DNA of 64,000 bases from contig OZ241828.1 of the NCBI GenBank assembly GCA_965202585.1, positions 87,358,001-87,422,000 on the forward strand. Direction: 5' to 3'. This document shows positions 8,909-21,500 of the stretch, piece by piece. The stretch comes from Thalia democratica (Eukaryota). The position numbers and the translations under genes were made by a program. The notes under the pieces were generated by a model, which was given only the letters and a program-made list of their open reading frames with translations, did not search any database and was not told the origin of the DNA. How positions within the stretch are numbered: position 1 is the first letter of the stretch; each line of letters opens with the position of its first letter.

Positions 8909-10527
8909 AACTTAATTTTGAACTAAAAGTAGACCCAAAATGTGTAGCTTTAAAAACCTGAAAGATATTTGAAAAACCTGGAAAAATTTTTGAAAAGATG
9001 AGTTGCATTCTTGCAAGTAGTACAGGGGGCAAAGCAACATGAACTACACAAATCTTTTATATTGATCACATACATAATTTTAATTTTTTAATCTGAAGTA
9101 TATATATTTGCTTATGTTGGATATATATAATTTCACAATTATAAACTGCACTAAAACCTGACATATAAGTTTTTAATTTATACTAGTATATACCTCTTCA
9201 ATTAACTTTTAACACAATATTATTATGTAGAAAGATTGTTTAAGCACAAGAAAGATATTTTACATAAATTAAACAAAATACTATAATATAAATAAATATT
9301 TTTTCAGGGAATATTGGGCTTCGAAATTTCCGTAATTTTCCAGGGAATATTGGAAATCGGTTTCTCCTCATTGTCCGTTTTTTTATAAGGATGAAGAGGA
9401 ATGGAGGGAAGCGCACTTGTTTAAAATTTTACCGATTTAATGAAGTTTTGCTTCGTGAAATGTTTCGTTTTTTATGTCAGCATATGTTTACACGTAGATT
9501 CAAGATAATATGGTATTTAGTGTTGTTTTCAGTATTTATTACAATTTAGAACATAAAAAAATTATGAAATACCATTTTTAATACTGGTTGTGTTTACAAT
9601 CTTAAATATGTGGTCTTCAAGTAGCTAAAATTGATTTTCACTTACTAGTAGGTTACTATAGTTACAAATGTTGTTCTTACTGTAAATTAACTACATTTAA
9701 ACAGTAATACGGTTTTGCTGTACAGCTTTAATGGAATTTGTCGAATTTTCGAAAACCAAACGACTTACGTTGTCAACACAAGCAAGTTAAAATATGCAAA
9801 TTTTTGCAACATAAAATTGAATAATTTTGTGCAAAAACCTATGGCACAGAATTTTTGCAATAAAAAGTAAAATAACTGTAAAAAAACTTCATACTGTTAT
9901 TTCTACATGACTTTTATCATTTGCTAATATACTTTTACACAAAATTTAGTGAAAGAATTGTGAAAAACAAGCAAAAACTAAGAAAACTGTTGAAAAATCA
10001 CATGTGGCCTAACAAAGTGGAAAATTGAACATAAAGTGATCATTATAACAAATTGTGTTCACTTAAATGCACTAAAAATACTCAGCTATTGCTTACATTG
10101 CCATTGCACTGCTTTCTATAAACTGTTTGGGTTGCCTTTGAAAACTGATAAAATCATGCACTCATGCTTTTCTGCCCTTTTTGTCAAATGGCCCAAAAAA
10201 CCACGGTCTTTTTTATTGAATTTTGTTTGAAACTGTTCTATCAACAAGCTATAATCGGTATACGTGTTTTGAACTACACCAATCTTTTATGTTTGTATAT
10301 AACTATAGATTGTTATGGTTCATACCTGTTATTTTTTATAATATTCAAAACTTATTATACTTTTATGATAAACATGTTTTGAATTGACTGTGTAGCTAAA
10401 TAAATTTAATCATTTTAAGCAATTTGTTGTCATTTAAATTTTGTGTTCAGAGTTGGAATTGAACAGCCTGGCAGAGAAATTGAAGGGCACAGATTTAGGA
10501 GATTTTGTTCTGGTTGTTTGAACTTTT
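8909..10527 (+). repeat. Unit 2, standard type S (1619 bp)
   Basis: Lacks the 441-bp L segment. Exon copy has CCGTAA (stop at 9333-9335). Confidence 0.95.
9308..9335 (+). pseudogene. Representative disabled copy of the terminal exon (same state at unit start +399 in all 32 S and V units)
   Basis: Same acceptor, then EYWASKFP followed by TAA where L units have TAC. Downstream 12-bp in-frame deletion (AGATTGTGTGGG, RLCG) and AATAAA>AATGAA. Confidence 0.5.
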
Positions 10528-12598
10528 AACTTAATTTTGAACTAAAAGTAGACCCAAAATGTGTAGCTTTAAAAACCTGAAAGATATTTGAAAAACCTGG
10601 AAAAATTTTTGAAAAGATGAGTTGCATTCTTGCAAGTAGTACAGGGGGCAAAGCAACATGAACTACACAAATCTTTTATATTGATCACATACATAATTTT
10701 AATTTTTTAATCTGAAGTATATATATTTGCTTATGTTGGATATATATAATTTCACAATTATAAACTGCACTAAAACCTGACATATAAGTTTTTAATTTAT
10801 ACTAGTATATACCTCTTCAATTAACTTTTAACACAATATTATTATGTAGAACGATTGTTTAAGCACAAGAAAGATATTTTACATAAATTAAACAAAATAC
10901 TATAATATAAATAAATATTTTTTCAGGGAATATTGGGCTTCGAAATTTCCGTACTTTTCCAGGGAATATTGGAGATTGTGTGGGAAATCGGTTTTTCCTC
11001 TGCATCCGTCTTTTTATAAAGATGAAGAGGAATGGAGGGAAGCGCATGGAGGATAAACGGAACTTGTTTAAAATTTTACCGATTTAATAAAATTTTGCTT
11101 CGTGAAATGTTTTGTTTTTTATATCAGCACATGTTTACACGTAGATTCAGGGTAAAATGGTATTCAACGTGGTTTTCTCACTTTTTCACCCTTCATGCAG
11201 GGACGTAGCTTCCCGTTAGCTCCATGCTTTTATAAGCTTCATGTTTATAAGCTAACTCAGGTCCTTGCCTTTCCTGAGATCCCTCATTTTTAAAAATAAG
11301 AACAAAATTGAATTGAGTGTGTCCATATTCATCTAGACCAGCTGTTATTCATCTAGAGTAGAGTTCCCCAAATTGGGCAAAATTGCCCCCTGGGGGCGAT
11401 TTTATAATATTTAGTTAATGAGCAAAAGGGGAGGAATTTTTAAAATTTAGGACGATTTAAAAAACTTGTAAAATGGAGGGAAGCGCACTTGTTTAAAATT
11501 TTACCGATTTAATAAAGTTTTGCTTTGTGAAATGTTTCGTTTTTTATGTCAGTATATGTTTACACGTAGATTCAAGATAATATGGTATTTAGTGTTGTTT
11601 TCAGTATTAATTACAATTTAGAACATAAAAAAATTATGAAATACCATTTTCAATGCTGGTTGAGTTTATAATCTTAAATATGTGGTCTTCAAGTAGCTAA
11701 AATTGATTTTCACTTACTAGTAGGTTACTACAGTTACAAATGTTGTTCTTACTTGAACTAACTACATTTAAACAGTAATACGGTTTTGCTGTACAGCTTT
11801 GATGGAATTTGTCGAATTTTCCAAAAACAAACGACTTACGTTGTCAACACAAGCAAGTTAAAATATGCAAATTTTTGTAACATAAAATTGAATAATTTTG
11901 TGCAAAAACCCATGGCACAGAATTTTTGCAATAAAAAGTAAAATAACTGTAAAAAAACTTCACACTGTTAGTTCTACATGACTTTTATCATTTGCTAATA
12001 TACTTTTACACAAAATTTAGTGAAAGAATTGTGAAAAACAAGCAAAAACTAAGAAAACTGTTGAAAAATCACTTGTGGCCTAACAAAGTGGAAAATTGAA
12101 CATAAAGTGATCATTATAACAAATTGTGTTCATTTAAATGCACTAAAAATACTCAGCTATTGCTTACATTGCCATTGCACTGCTTTCTATAAACTGTTTG
12201 GGTTGCCTTTGAAAACTGATAAAATCATGCACTCATGCTTTTCTGCCCTTTTTGTCAAATGGCCCAAAAAACCACGGTCTTTTTTATTGAATTTTGTTTG
12301 AAACTGTTCTATCAACAAGCTATAATCGGTATACGTGTTTTGAACTACACCAATCTTTTATGTTTGTATATAACTATAGATTGTTATGGTTCATACCTGT
12401 TATTTTTTATAATATTCAAAACTTATTATACTTTTATGATAAACATGTTTTGAATTGACTGTGTAGCTAAATAAATTTAATCATTTTAAGCAATTTGTTG
12501 TCATTTAAATTTTGTGTTCAGAGTTGGAATTGAACAGCCTGGCAGAGAAATTGAAGGGCACAGATTTAGGAGATTTTGTTCTGGTTGTTTGAACTTTT
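10528..12598 (+). repeat. Unit 3, long type L (2071 bp), S/L chimera
   Basis: S alleles up to 10813 (GATATTTG, TACATAAT, ACTAGTAT, ACCTCTTC); L alleles from 10852 onward (AGAACGATT, CCGTACTT, 441-bp segment). Confidence 0.9.
10927..11056 (+). CDS. Second intact copy of the candidate terminal exon
   Basis: Identical by eye to 7237-7366, offset +3690. Confidence 0.4.
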
Positions 12599-15500
12599 AA
12601 CTTAATTTTGAACTAAAAGTAGACCCAAAATGTGTAGCTTTAAAAACCTGAAAGATATTTGAAAAACCTGGAAAAATTTTTGAAAAGATGAGTTGCATTC
12701 TTGCAAGTAGTACAGGGGGCAAAGCAACATGAACTACACAAATCTTTTATATTGATCACATACATAATTTTAATTTTTTAATCTGAAGTATATATATTTG
12801 CTTATGTTGGATATATATAATTTCACAATTATAAACTGCACTAAAACCTGACATATAAGTTTTTAATTTATACTAGTATATACCTCTTCAATTAACTTTT
12901 AACACAATATTATTATGTAGAAAGATTGTTTAAGCACAAGAAAGATATTTTACATAAATTAAACAAAATACTATAATATAAATAAATATTTTTTCAGGGA
13001 ATATTGGGCTTCGAAATTTCCGTAATTTTCCAGGGAATATTGGAAATCGGTTTCTCCTCATTGTCCGTTTTTTTATAAGGATGAAGAGGAATGGAGGGAA
13101 GCGCACTTGTTTAAAATTTTACCGATTTAATGAAGTTTTGCTTCGTGAAATGTTTCGTTTTTTATGTCAGCATATGTTTACACGTAGATTCAAGATAATA
13201 TGGTATTTAGTGTTGTTTTCAGTATTTATTACAATTTAGAACATAAAAAAATTATGAAATACCATTTTTAATACTGGTTGTGTTTACAATCTTAAATATG
13301 TGGTCTTCAAGTAGCTAAAATTGATTTTCACTTACTAGTAGGTTACTATAGTTACAAATGTTGTTCTTACTGTAAATTAACTACATTTAAACAGTAATAC
13401 GGTTTTGCTGTACAGCTTTAATGGAATTTGTCGAATTTTCGAAAACCAAACGACTTACGTTGTCAACACAAGCAAGTTAAAATATGCAAATTTTTGCAAC
13501 ATAAAATTGAATAATTTTGTGCAAAAACCTATGGCACAGAATTTTTGCAATAAAAAGTAAAATAACTGTAAAAAAACTTCATACTGTTATTTCTACATGA
13601 CTTTTATCATTTGCTAATATACTTTTACACAAAATTTAGTGAAAGAATTGTGAAAAACAAGCAAAAACTAAGAAAACTGTTGAAAAATCACATGTGGCCT
13701 AACAAAGTGGAAAATTGAACATAAAGTGATCATTATAACAAATTGTGTTCACTTAAATGCACTAAAAATACTCAGCTATTGCTTACATTGCCATTGCACT
13801 GCTTTCTATAAACTGTTTGGGTTGCCTTTGAAAACTGATAAAATCATGCACTCATGCTTTTCTGCCCTTTTTGTCAAATGGCCCAAAAAACCACGGTCTT
13901 TTTTATTGAATTTTGTTTGAAACTGTTCTATCAACAAGCTATAATCGGTATACGTGTTTTGAACTACACCAATCTTTTATGTTTGTATATAACTATAGAT
14001 TGTTATGGTTCATACCTGTTATTTTTTATAATATTCAAAACTTATTATACTTTTATGATAAACATGTTTTGAATTGACTGTGTAGCTAAATAAATTTAAT
14101 CATTTTAAGCAATTTGTTGTCATTTAAATTTTGTGTTCAGAGTTGGAATTGAACAGCCTGGCAGAGAAATTGAAGGGCACAGATTTAGGAGATTTTGTTC
14201 TGGTTGTTTGAACTTTTAACTTAATTTTGAACTAAAAGTAGACCCAAAATGTGTAGCTTTAAAAACCTGAAAGATATTTGAAAAACCTGGAAAAATTTTT
14301 GAAAAGATGAGTTGCATTCTTGCAAGTAGTACAGGGGGCAAAGCAACATGAACTACACAAATCTTTTATATTGATCACATACATAATTTTAATTTTTTAA
14401 TCTGAAGTATATATATTTGCTTATGTTGGATATATATAATTTCACAATTATAAACTGCACTAAAACCTGACATATAAGTTTTTAATTTATACTAGTATAT
14501 ACCTCTTCAATTAACTTTTAACACAATATTATTATGTAGAAAGATTGTTTAAGCACAAGAAAGATATTTTACATAAATTAAACAAAATACTATAATATAA
14601 ATAAATATTTTTTCAGGGAATATTGGGCTTCGAAATTTCCGTAATTTTCCAGGGAATATTGGAAATCGGTTTCTCCTCATTGTCCGTTTTTTTATAAGGA
14701 TGAAGAGGAATGGAGGGAAGCGCACTTGTTTAAAATTTTACCGATTTAATGAAGTTTTGCTTCGTGAAATGTTTCGTTTTTTATGTCAGCATATGTTTAC
14801 ACGTAGATTCAAGATAATATGGTATTTAGTGTTGTTTTCAGTATTTATTACAATTTAGAACATAAAAAAATTATGAAATACCATTTTTAATACTGGTTGT
14901 GTTTACAATCTTAAATATGTGGTCTTCAAGTAGCTAAAATTGATTTTCACTTACTAGTAGGTTACTATAGTTACAAATGTTGTTCTTACTGTAAATTAAC
15001 TACATTTAAACAGTAATACGGTTTTGCTGTACAGCTTTAATGGAATTTGTCGAATTTTCGAAAACCAAACGACTTACGTTGTCAACACAAGCAAGTTAAA
15101 ATATGCAAATTTTTGCAACATAAAATTGAATAATTTTGTGCAAAAACCTATGGCACAGAATTTTTGCAATAAAAAGTAAAATAACTGTAAAAAAACTTCA
15201 TACTGTTATTTCTACATGACTTTTATCATTTGCTAATATACTTTTACACAAAATTTAGTGAAAGAATTGTGAAAAACAAGCAAAAACTAAGAAAACTGTT
15301 GAAAAATCACATGTGGCCTAACAAAGTGGAAAATTGAACATAAAGTGATCATTATAACAAATTGTGTTCACTTAAATGCACTAAAAATACTCAGCTATTG
15401 CTTACATTGCCATTGCACTGCTTTCTATAAACTGTTTGGGTTGCCTTTGAAAACTGATAAAATCATGCACTCATGCTTTTCTGCCCTTTTTGTCAAATGG

Positions 15501-18500
15501 CCCAAAAAACCACGGTCTTTTTTATTGAATTTTGTTTGAAACTGTTCTATCAACAAGCTATAATCGGTATACGTGTTTTGAACTACACCAATCTTTTATG
15601 TTTGTATATAACTATAGATTGTTATGGTTCATACCTGTTATTTTTTATAATATTCAAAACTTATTATACTTTTATGATAAACATGTTTTGAATTGACTGT
15701 GTAGCTAAATAAATTTAATCATTTTAAGCAATTTGTTGTCATTTAAATTTTGTGTTCAGAGTTGGAATTGAACAGCCTGGCAGAGAAATTGAAGGGCACA
15801 GATTTAGGAGATTTTGTTCTGGTTGTTTGAACTTTTAACTTAATTTTGAACTAAAAGTAGACCCAAAATGTGTAGCTTTAAAAACCTGAAAGATATTTGA
15901 AAAACCTGGAAAAATTTTTGAAAAGATGAGTTGCATTCTTGCAAGTAGTACAGGGGGCAAAGCAACATGAACTACACAAATCTTTTATATTGATCACATA
16001 CATAATTTTAATTTTTTAATCTGAAGTATATATATTTGCTTATGTTGGATATATATAATTTCACAATTATAAACTGCACTAAAACCTGACATATAAGTTT
16101 TTAATTTATACTAGTATATACCTCTTCAATTAACTTTTAACACAATATTATTATGTAGAAAGATTGTTTAAGCACAAGAAAGATATTTTACATAAATTAA
16201 ACAAAATACTATAATATAAATAAATATTTTTTCAGGGAATATTGGGCTTCGAAATTTCCGTAATTTTCCAGGGAATATTGGAAATCGGTTTCTCCTCATT
16301 GTCCGTTTTTTTATAAGGATGAAGAGGAATGGAGGGAAGCGCACTTGTTTAAAATTTTACCGATTTAATGAAGTTTTGCTTCGTGAAATGTTTCGTTTTT
16401 TATGTCAGCATATGTTTACACGTAGATTCAAGATAATATGGTATTTAGTGTTGTTTTCAGTATTTATTACAATTTAGAACATAAAAAAATTATGAAATAC
16501 CATTTTTAATACTGGTTGTGTTTACAATCTTAAATATGTGGTCTTCAAGTAGCTAAAATTGATTTTCACTTACTAGTAGGTTACTATAGTTACAAATGTT
16601 GTTCTTACTGTAAATTAACTACATTTAAACAGTAATACGGTTTTGCTGTACAGCTTTAATGGAATTTGTCGAATTTTCGAAAACCAAACGACTTACGTTG
16701 TCAACACAAGCAAGTTAAAATATGCAAATTTTTGCAACATAAAATTGAATAATTTTGTGCAAAAACCTATGGCACAGAATTTTTGCAATAAAAAGTAAAA
16801 TAACTGTAAAAAAACTTCATACTGTTATTTCTACATGACTTTTATCATTTGCTAATATACTTTTACACAAAATTTAGTGAAAGAATTGTGAAAAACAAGC
16901 AAAAACTAAGAAAACTGTTGAAAAATCACATGTGGCCTAACAAAGTGGAAAATTGAACATAAAGTGATCATTATAACAAATTGTGTTCACTTAAATGCAC
17001 TAAAAATACTCAGCTATTGCTTACATTGCCATTGCACTGCTTTCTATAAACTGTTTGGGTTGCCTTTGAAAACTGATAAAATCATGCACTCATGCTTTTC
17101 TGCCCTTTTTGTCAAATGGCCCAAAAAACCACGGTCTTTTTTATTGAATTTTGTTTGAAACTGTTCTATCAACAAGCTATAATCGGTATACGTGTTTTGA
17201 ACTACACCAATCTTTTATGTTTGTATATAACTATAGATTGTTATGGTTCATACCTGTTATTTTTTATAATATTCAAAACTTATTATACTTTTATGATAAA
17301 CATGTTTTGAATTGACTGTGTAGCTAAATAAATTTAATCATTTTAAGCAATTTGTTGTCATTTAAATTTTGTGTTCAGAGTTGGAATTGAACAGCCTGGC
17401 AGAGAAATTGAAGGGCACAGATTTAGGAGATTTTGTTCTGGTTGTTTGAACTTTTAACTTAATTTTGAACTAAAAGTAGACCCAAAATGTGTAGCTTTAA
17501 AAACCTGAAAGATATTTGAAAAACCTGGAAAAATTTTTGAAAAGATGAGTTGCATTCTTGCAAGTAGTACAGGGGGCAAAGCAACATGAACTACACAAAT
17601 CTTTTATATTGATCACATACATAATTTTAATTTTTTAATCTGAAGTATATATATTTGCATATGTTGGATATATATAATTTCACAATTATAAACTGCACTA
17701 AAACCTGACATATAAGTTTTTAATTTATACTAGTATATACCTCTTCAATTAACTTTTAACACAATATTATTATGTAGAAAGATTGTTTAAGCACAAGAAA
17801 GATATTTTACATAAATTAAACAAAATACTATAATATAAATAAATATTTTTTCAGGGAATATTGGGCTTCGAAATTTCCGTAATTTTCCAGGGAATATTGG
17901 AAATCGGTTTCTCCTCATTGTCCGTTTTTTTATAAGGATGAAGAGGAATGGAGGGAAGCGCACTTGTTTAAAATTTTACCGATTTAATGAAGTTTTGCTT
18001 CGTGAAATGTTTCGTTTTTTATGTCAGCATATGTTTACACGTAGATTCAAGATAATATGGTATTTAGTGTTGTTTTCAGTATTTATTACAATTTAGAACA
18101 TAAAAAAATTATGAAATACCATTTTCAATGCTGGTTGTGTTTACAATCTTAAATATGTGGTCTTCAAGTAGCTAAAATTGATTTTCACTTACTAGTAGGT
18201 TACTATAGTTACAAATGTTGTTCTTACTGTAAATTAACTACATTTAAACAGTAATACGGTTTTGCTGTACAGCTTTAATGGAATTTGTCGAATTTTCGAA
18301 AACCAAACGACTTACGTTGTCAACACAAGCAAGTTAAAATATGCAAATTTTTGCAACATAAAATTGAATAATTTTGTGCAAAAACCTATGGCACAGAATT
18401 TTTGCAATAAAAAGTAAAATAACTGTAAAAAAACTTCATACTGTTATTTCTACATGACTTTTATCATTTGCTAATATACTTTTACACAAAATTTAGTGAA

Positions 18501-21500
18501 AGAATTGTGAAAAACAAGCAAAAACTAAGAAAACTGTTGAAAAATCACATGTGGCCTAACAAAGTGGAAAATTGAACATAAAGTGATCATTATAACAAAT
18601 TGTGTTCACTTAAATGCACTAAAAATACTCAGCTATTGCTTACATTGCCATTGCACTGCTTTCTATAAACTGTTTGGGTTGCCTTTGAAAACTGATAAAA
18701 TCATGCACTCATGCTTTTCTGCCCTTTTTGTCAAATGGCCCAAAAAACCACGGTCTTTTTTATTGAATTTTGTTTGAAACTGTTCTATCAACAAGCTATA
18801 ATCGGTATACGTGTTTTGAACTACACCAATCTTTTATGTTTGTATATAACTATAGATTGTTATGGTTCATACCTGTTATTTTTTATAATATTCAAAACTT
18901 ATTATACTTTTATGATAAACATGTTTTGAATTGACTGTGTAGCTAAATAAATTTAATCATTTTAAGCAATTTGTTGTCATTTAAATTTTGTGTTCAGAGT
19001 TGGAATTGAACAGCCTGGCAGAGAAATTGAAGGGCACAGATTTAGGAGATTTTGTTCTGGTTGTTTGAACTTTTAACTTAATTTTGAACTAAAAGTAGAC
19101 CCAAAATGTGTAGCTTTAAAAACCTGAAAGATATTTGAAAAACCTGGAAAAATTTTTGAAAAGATGAGTTGCATTCTTGCAAGTAGTACAGGGGGCAAAG
19201 CAACATGAACTACACAAATCTTTTATATTGATCACATACATAATTTTAATTTTTTAATCTGAAGTATATATATTTGCTTATGTTGGATATATATAATTTC
19301 ACAATTATAAACTGCACTAAAACCTGACATATAAGTTTTTAATTTATACTAGTATATACCTCTTCAATTAACTTTTAACACAATATTATTATGTAGAAAG
19401 ATTGTTTAAGCACAAGAAAGATATTTTACATAAATTAAACAAAATACTATAATATAAATAAATATTTTTTCAGGGAATATTGGGCTTCGAAATTTCCGTA
19501 ATTTTCCAGGGAATATTGGAAATCGGTTTCTCCTCATTGTCCGTTTTTTTATAAGGATGAAGAGGAATGGAGGGAAGCGCACTTGTTTAAAATTTTACCG
19601 ATTTAATGAAGTTTTGCTTCGTGAAATGTTTCGTTTTTTATGTCAGCATATGTTTACACGTAGATTCAAGATAATATGGTATTTAGTGTTGTTTTCAGTA
19701 TTTATTACAATTTAGAACATAAAAAAATTATGAAATACCATTTTCAATGCTGGTTGTGTTTACAATCTTAAATATGTGGTCTTCAAGTAGCTAAAATTGA
19801 TTTTCACTTACTAGTAGGTTACTATAGTTACAAATGTTGTTCTTACTGTAAATTAACTACATTTAAACAGTAATACGGTTTTGCTGTACAGCTTTAATGG
19901 AATTTGTCGAATTTTCGAAAACCAAACGACTTACGTTGTCAACACAAGCAAGTTAAAATATGCAAATTTTTGCAACATAAAATTGAATAATTTTGTGCAA
20001 AAACCTATGGCACAGAATTTTTGCAATAAAAAGTAAAATAACTGTAAAAAAACTTCATACTGTTATTTCTACATGACTTTTATCATTTGCTAATATACTT
20101 TTACACAAAATTTAGTGAAAGAATTGTGAAAAACAAGCAAAAACTAAGAAAACTGTTGAAAAATCACATGTGGCCTAACAAAGTGGAAAATTGAACATAA
20201 AGTGATCATTATAACAAATTGTGTTCACTTAAATGCACTAAAAATACTCAGCTATTGCTTACATTGCCATTGCACTGCTTTCTATAAACTGTTTGGGTTG
20301 CCTTTGAAAACTGATAAAATCATGCACTCATGCTTTTCTGCCCTTTTTGTCAAATGGCCCAAAAAACCACGGTCTTTTTTATTGAATTTTGTTTGAAACT
20401 GTTCTATCAACAAGCTATAATCGGTATACGTGTTTTGAACTACACCAATCTTTTATGTTTGTATATAACTATAGATTGTTATGGTTCATACCTGTTATTT
20501 TTTATAATATTCAAAACTTATTATACTTTTATGATAAACATGTTTTGAATTGACTGTGTAGCTAAATAAATTTAATCATTTTAAGCAATTTGTTGTCATT
20601 TAAATTTTGTGTTCAGAGTTGGAATTGAACAGCCTGGCAGAGAAATTGAAGGGCACAGATTTAGGAGATTTTGTTCTGGTTGTTTGAACTTTTAACTTAA
20701 TTTTGAACTAAAAGTAGACCCAAAATGTGTAGCTTTAAAAACCTGAAAGATATTTGAAAAACCTGGAAAAATTTTTGAAAAGATGAGTTGCATTCTTGCA
20801 AGTAGTACAGGGGGCAAAGCAACATGAACTACACAAATCTTTTATATTGATCACATACATAATTTTAATTTTTTAATCTGAAGTATATATATTTGCTTAT
20901 GTTGGATATATATAATTTCACAATTATAAACTGCACTAAAACCTGACATATAAGTTTTTAATTTATACTAGTATATACCTCTTCAATTAACTTTTAACAC
21001 AATATTATTATGTAGAAAGATTGTTTAAGCACAAGAAAGATATTTTACATAAATTAAACAAAATACTATAATATAAATAAATATTTTTTCAGGGAATATT
21101 GGGCTTCGAAATTTCCGTAATTTTCCAGGGAATATTGGAAATCGGTTTCTCCTCATTGTCCGTTTTTTTATAAGGATGAAGAGGAATGGAGGGAAGCGCA
21201 CTTGTTTAAAATTTTACCGATTTAATGAAGTTTTGCTTCGTGAAATGTTTCGTTTTTTATGTCAGCATATGTTTACACGTAGATTCAAGATAATATGGTA
21301 TTTAGTGTTGTTTTCAGTATTTATTACAATTTAGAACATAAAAAAATTATGAAATACCATTTTCAATGCTGGTTGTGTTTACAATCTTAAATATGTGGTC
21401 TTCAAGTAGCTAAAATTGATTTTCACTTACTAGTAGGTTACTATAGTTACAAATGTTGTTCTTACTGTAAATTAACTACATTTAAACAGTAATACGGTTT

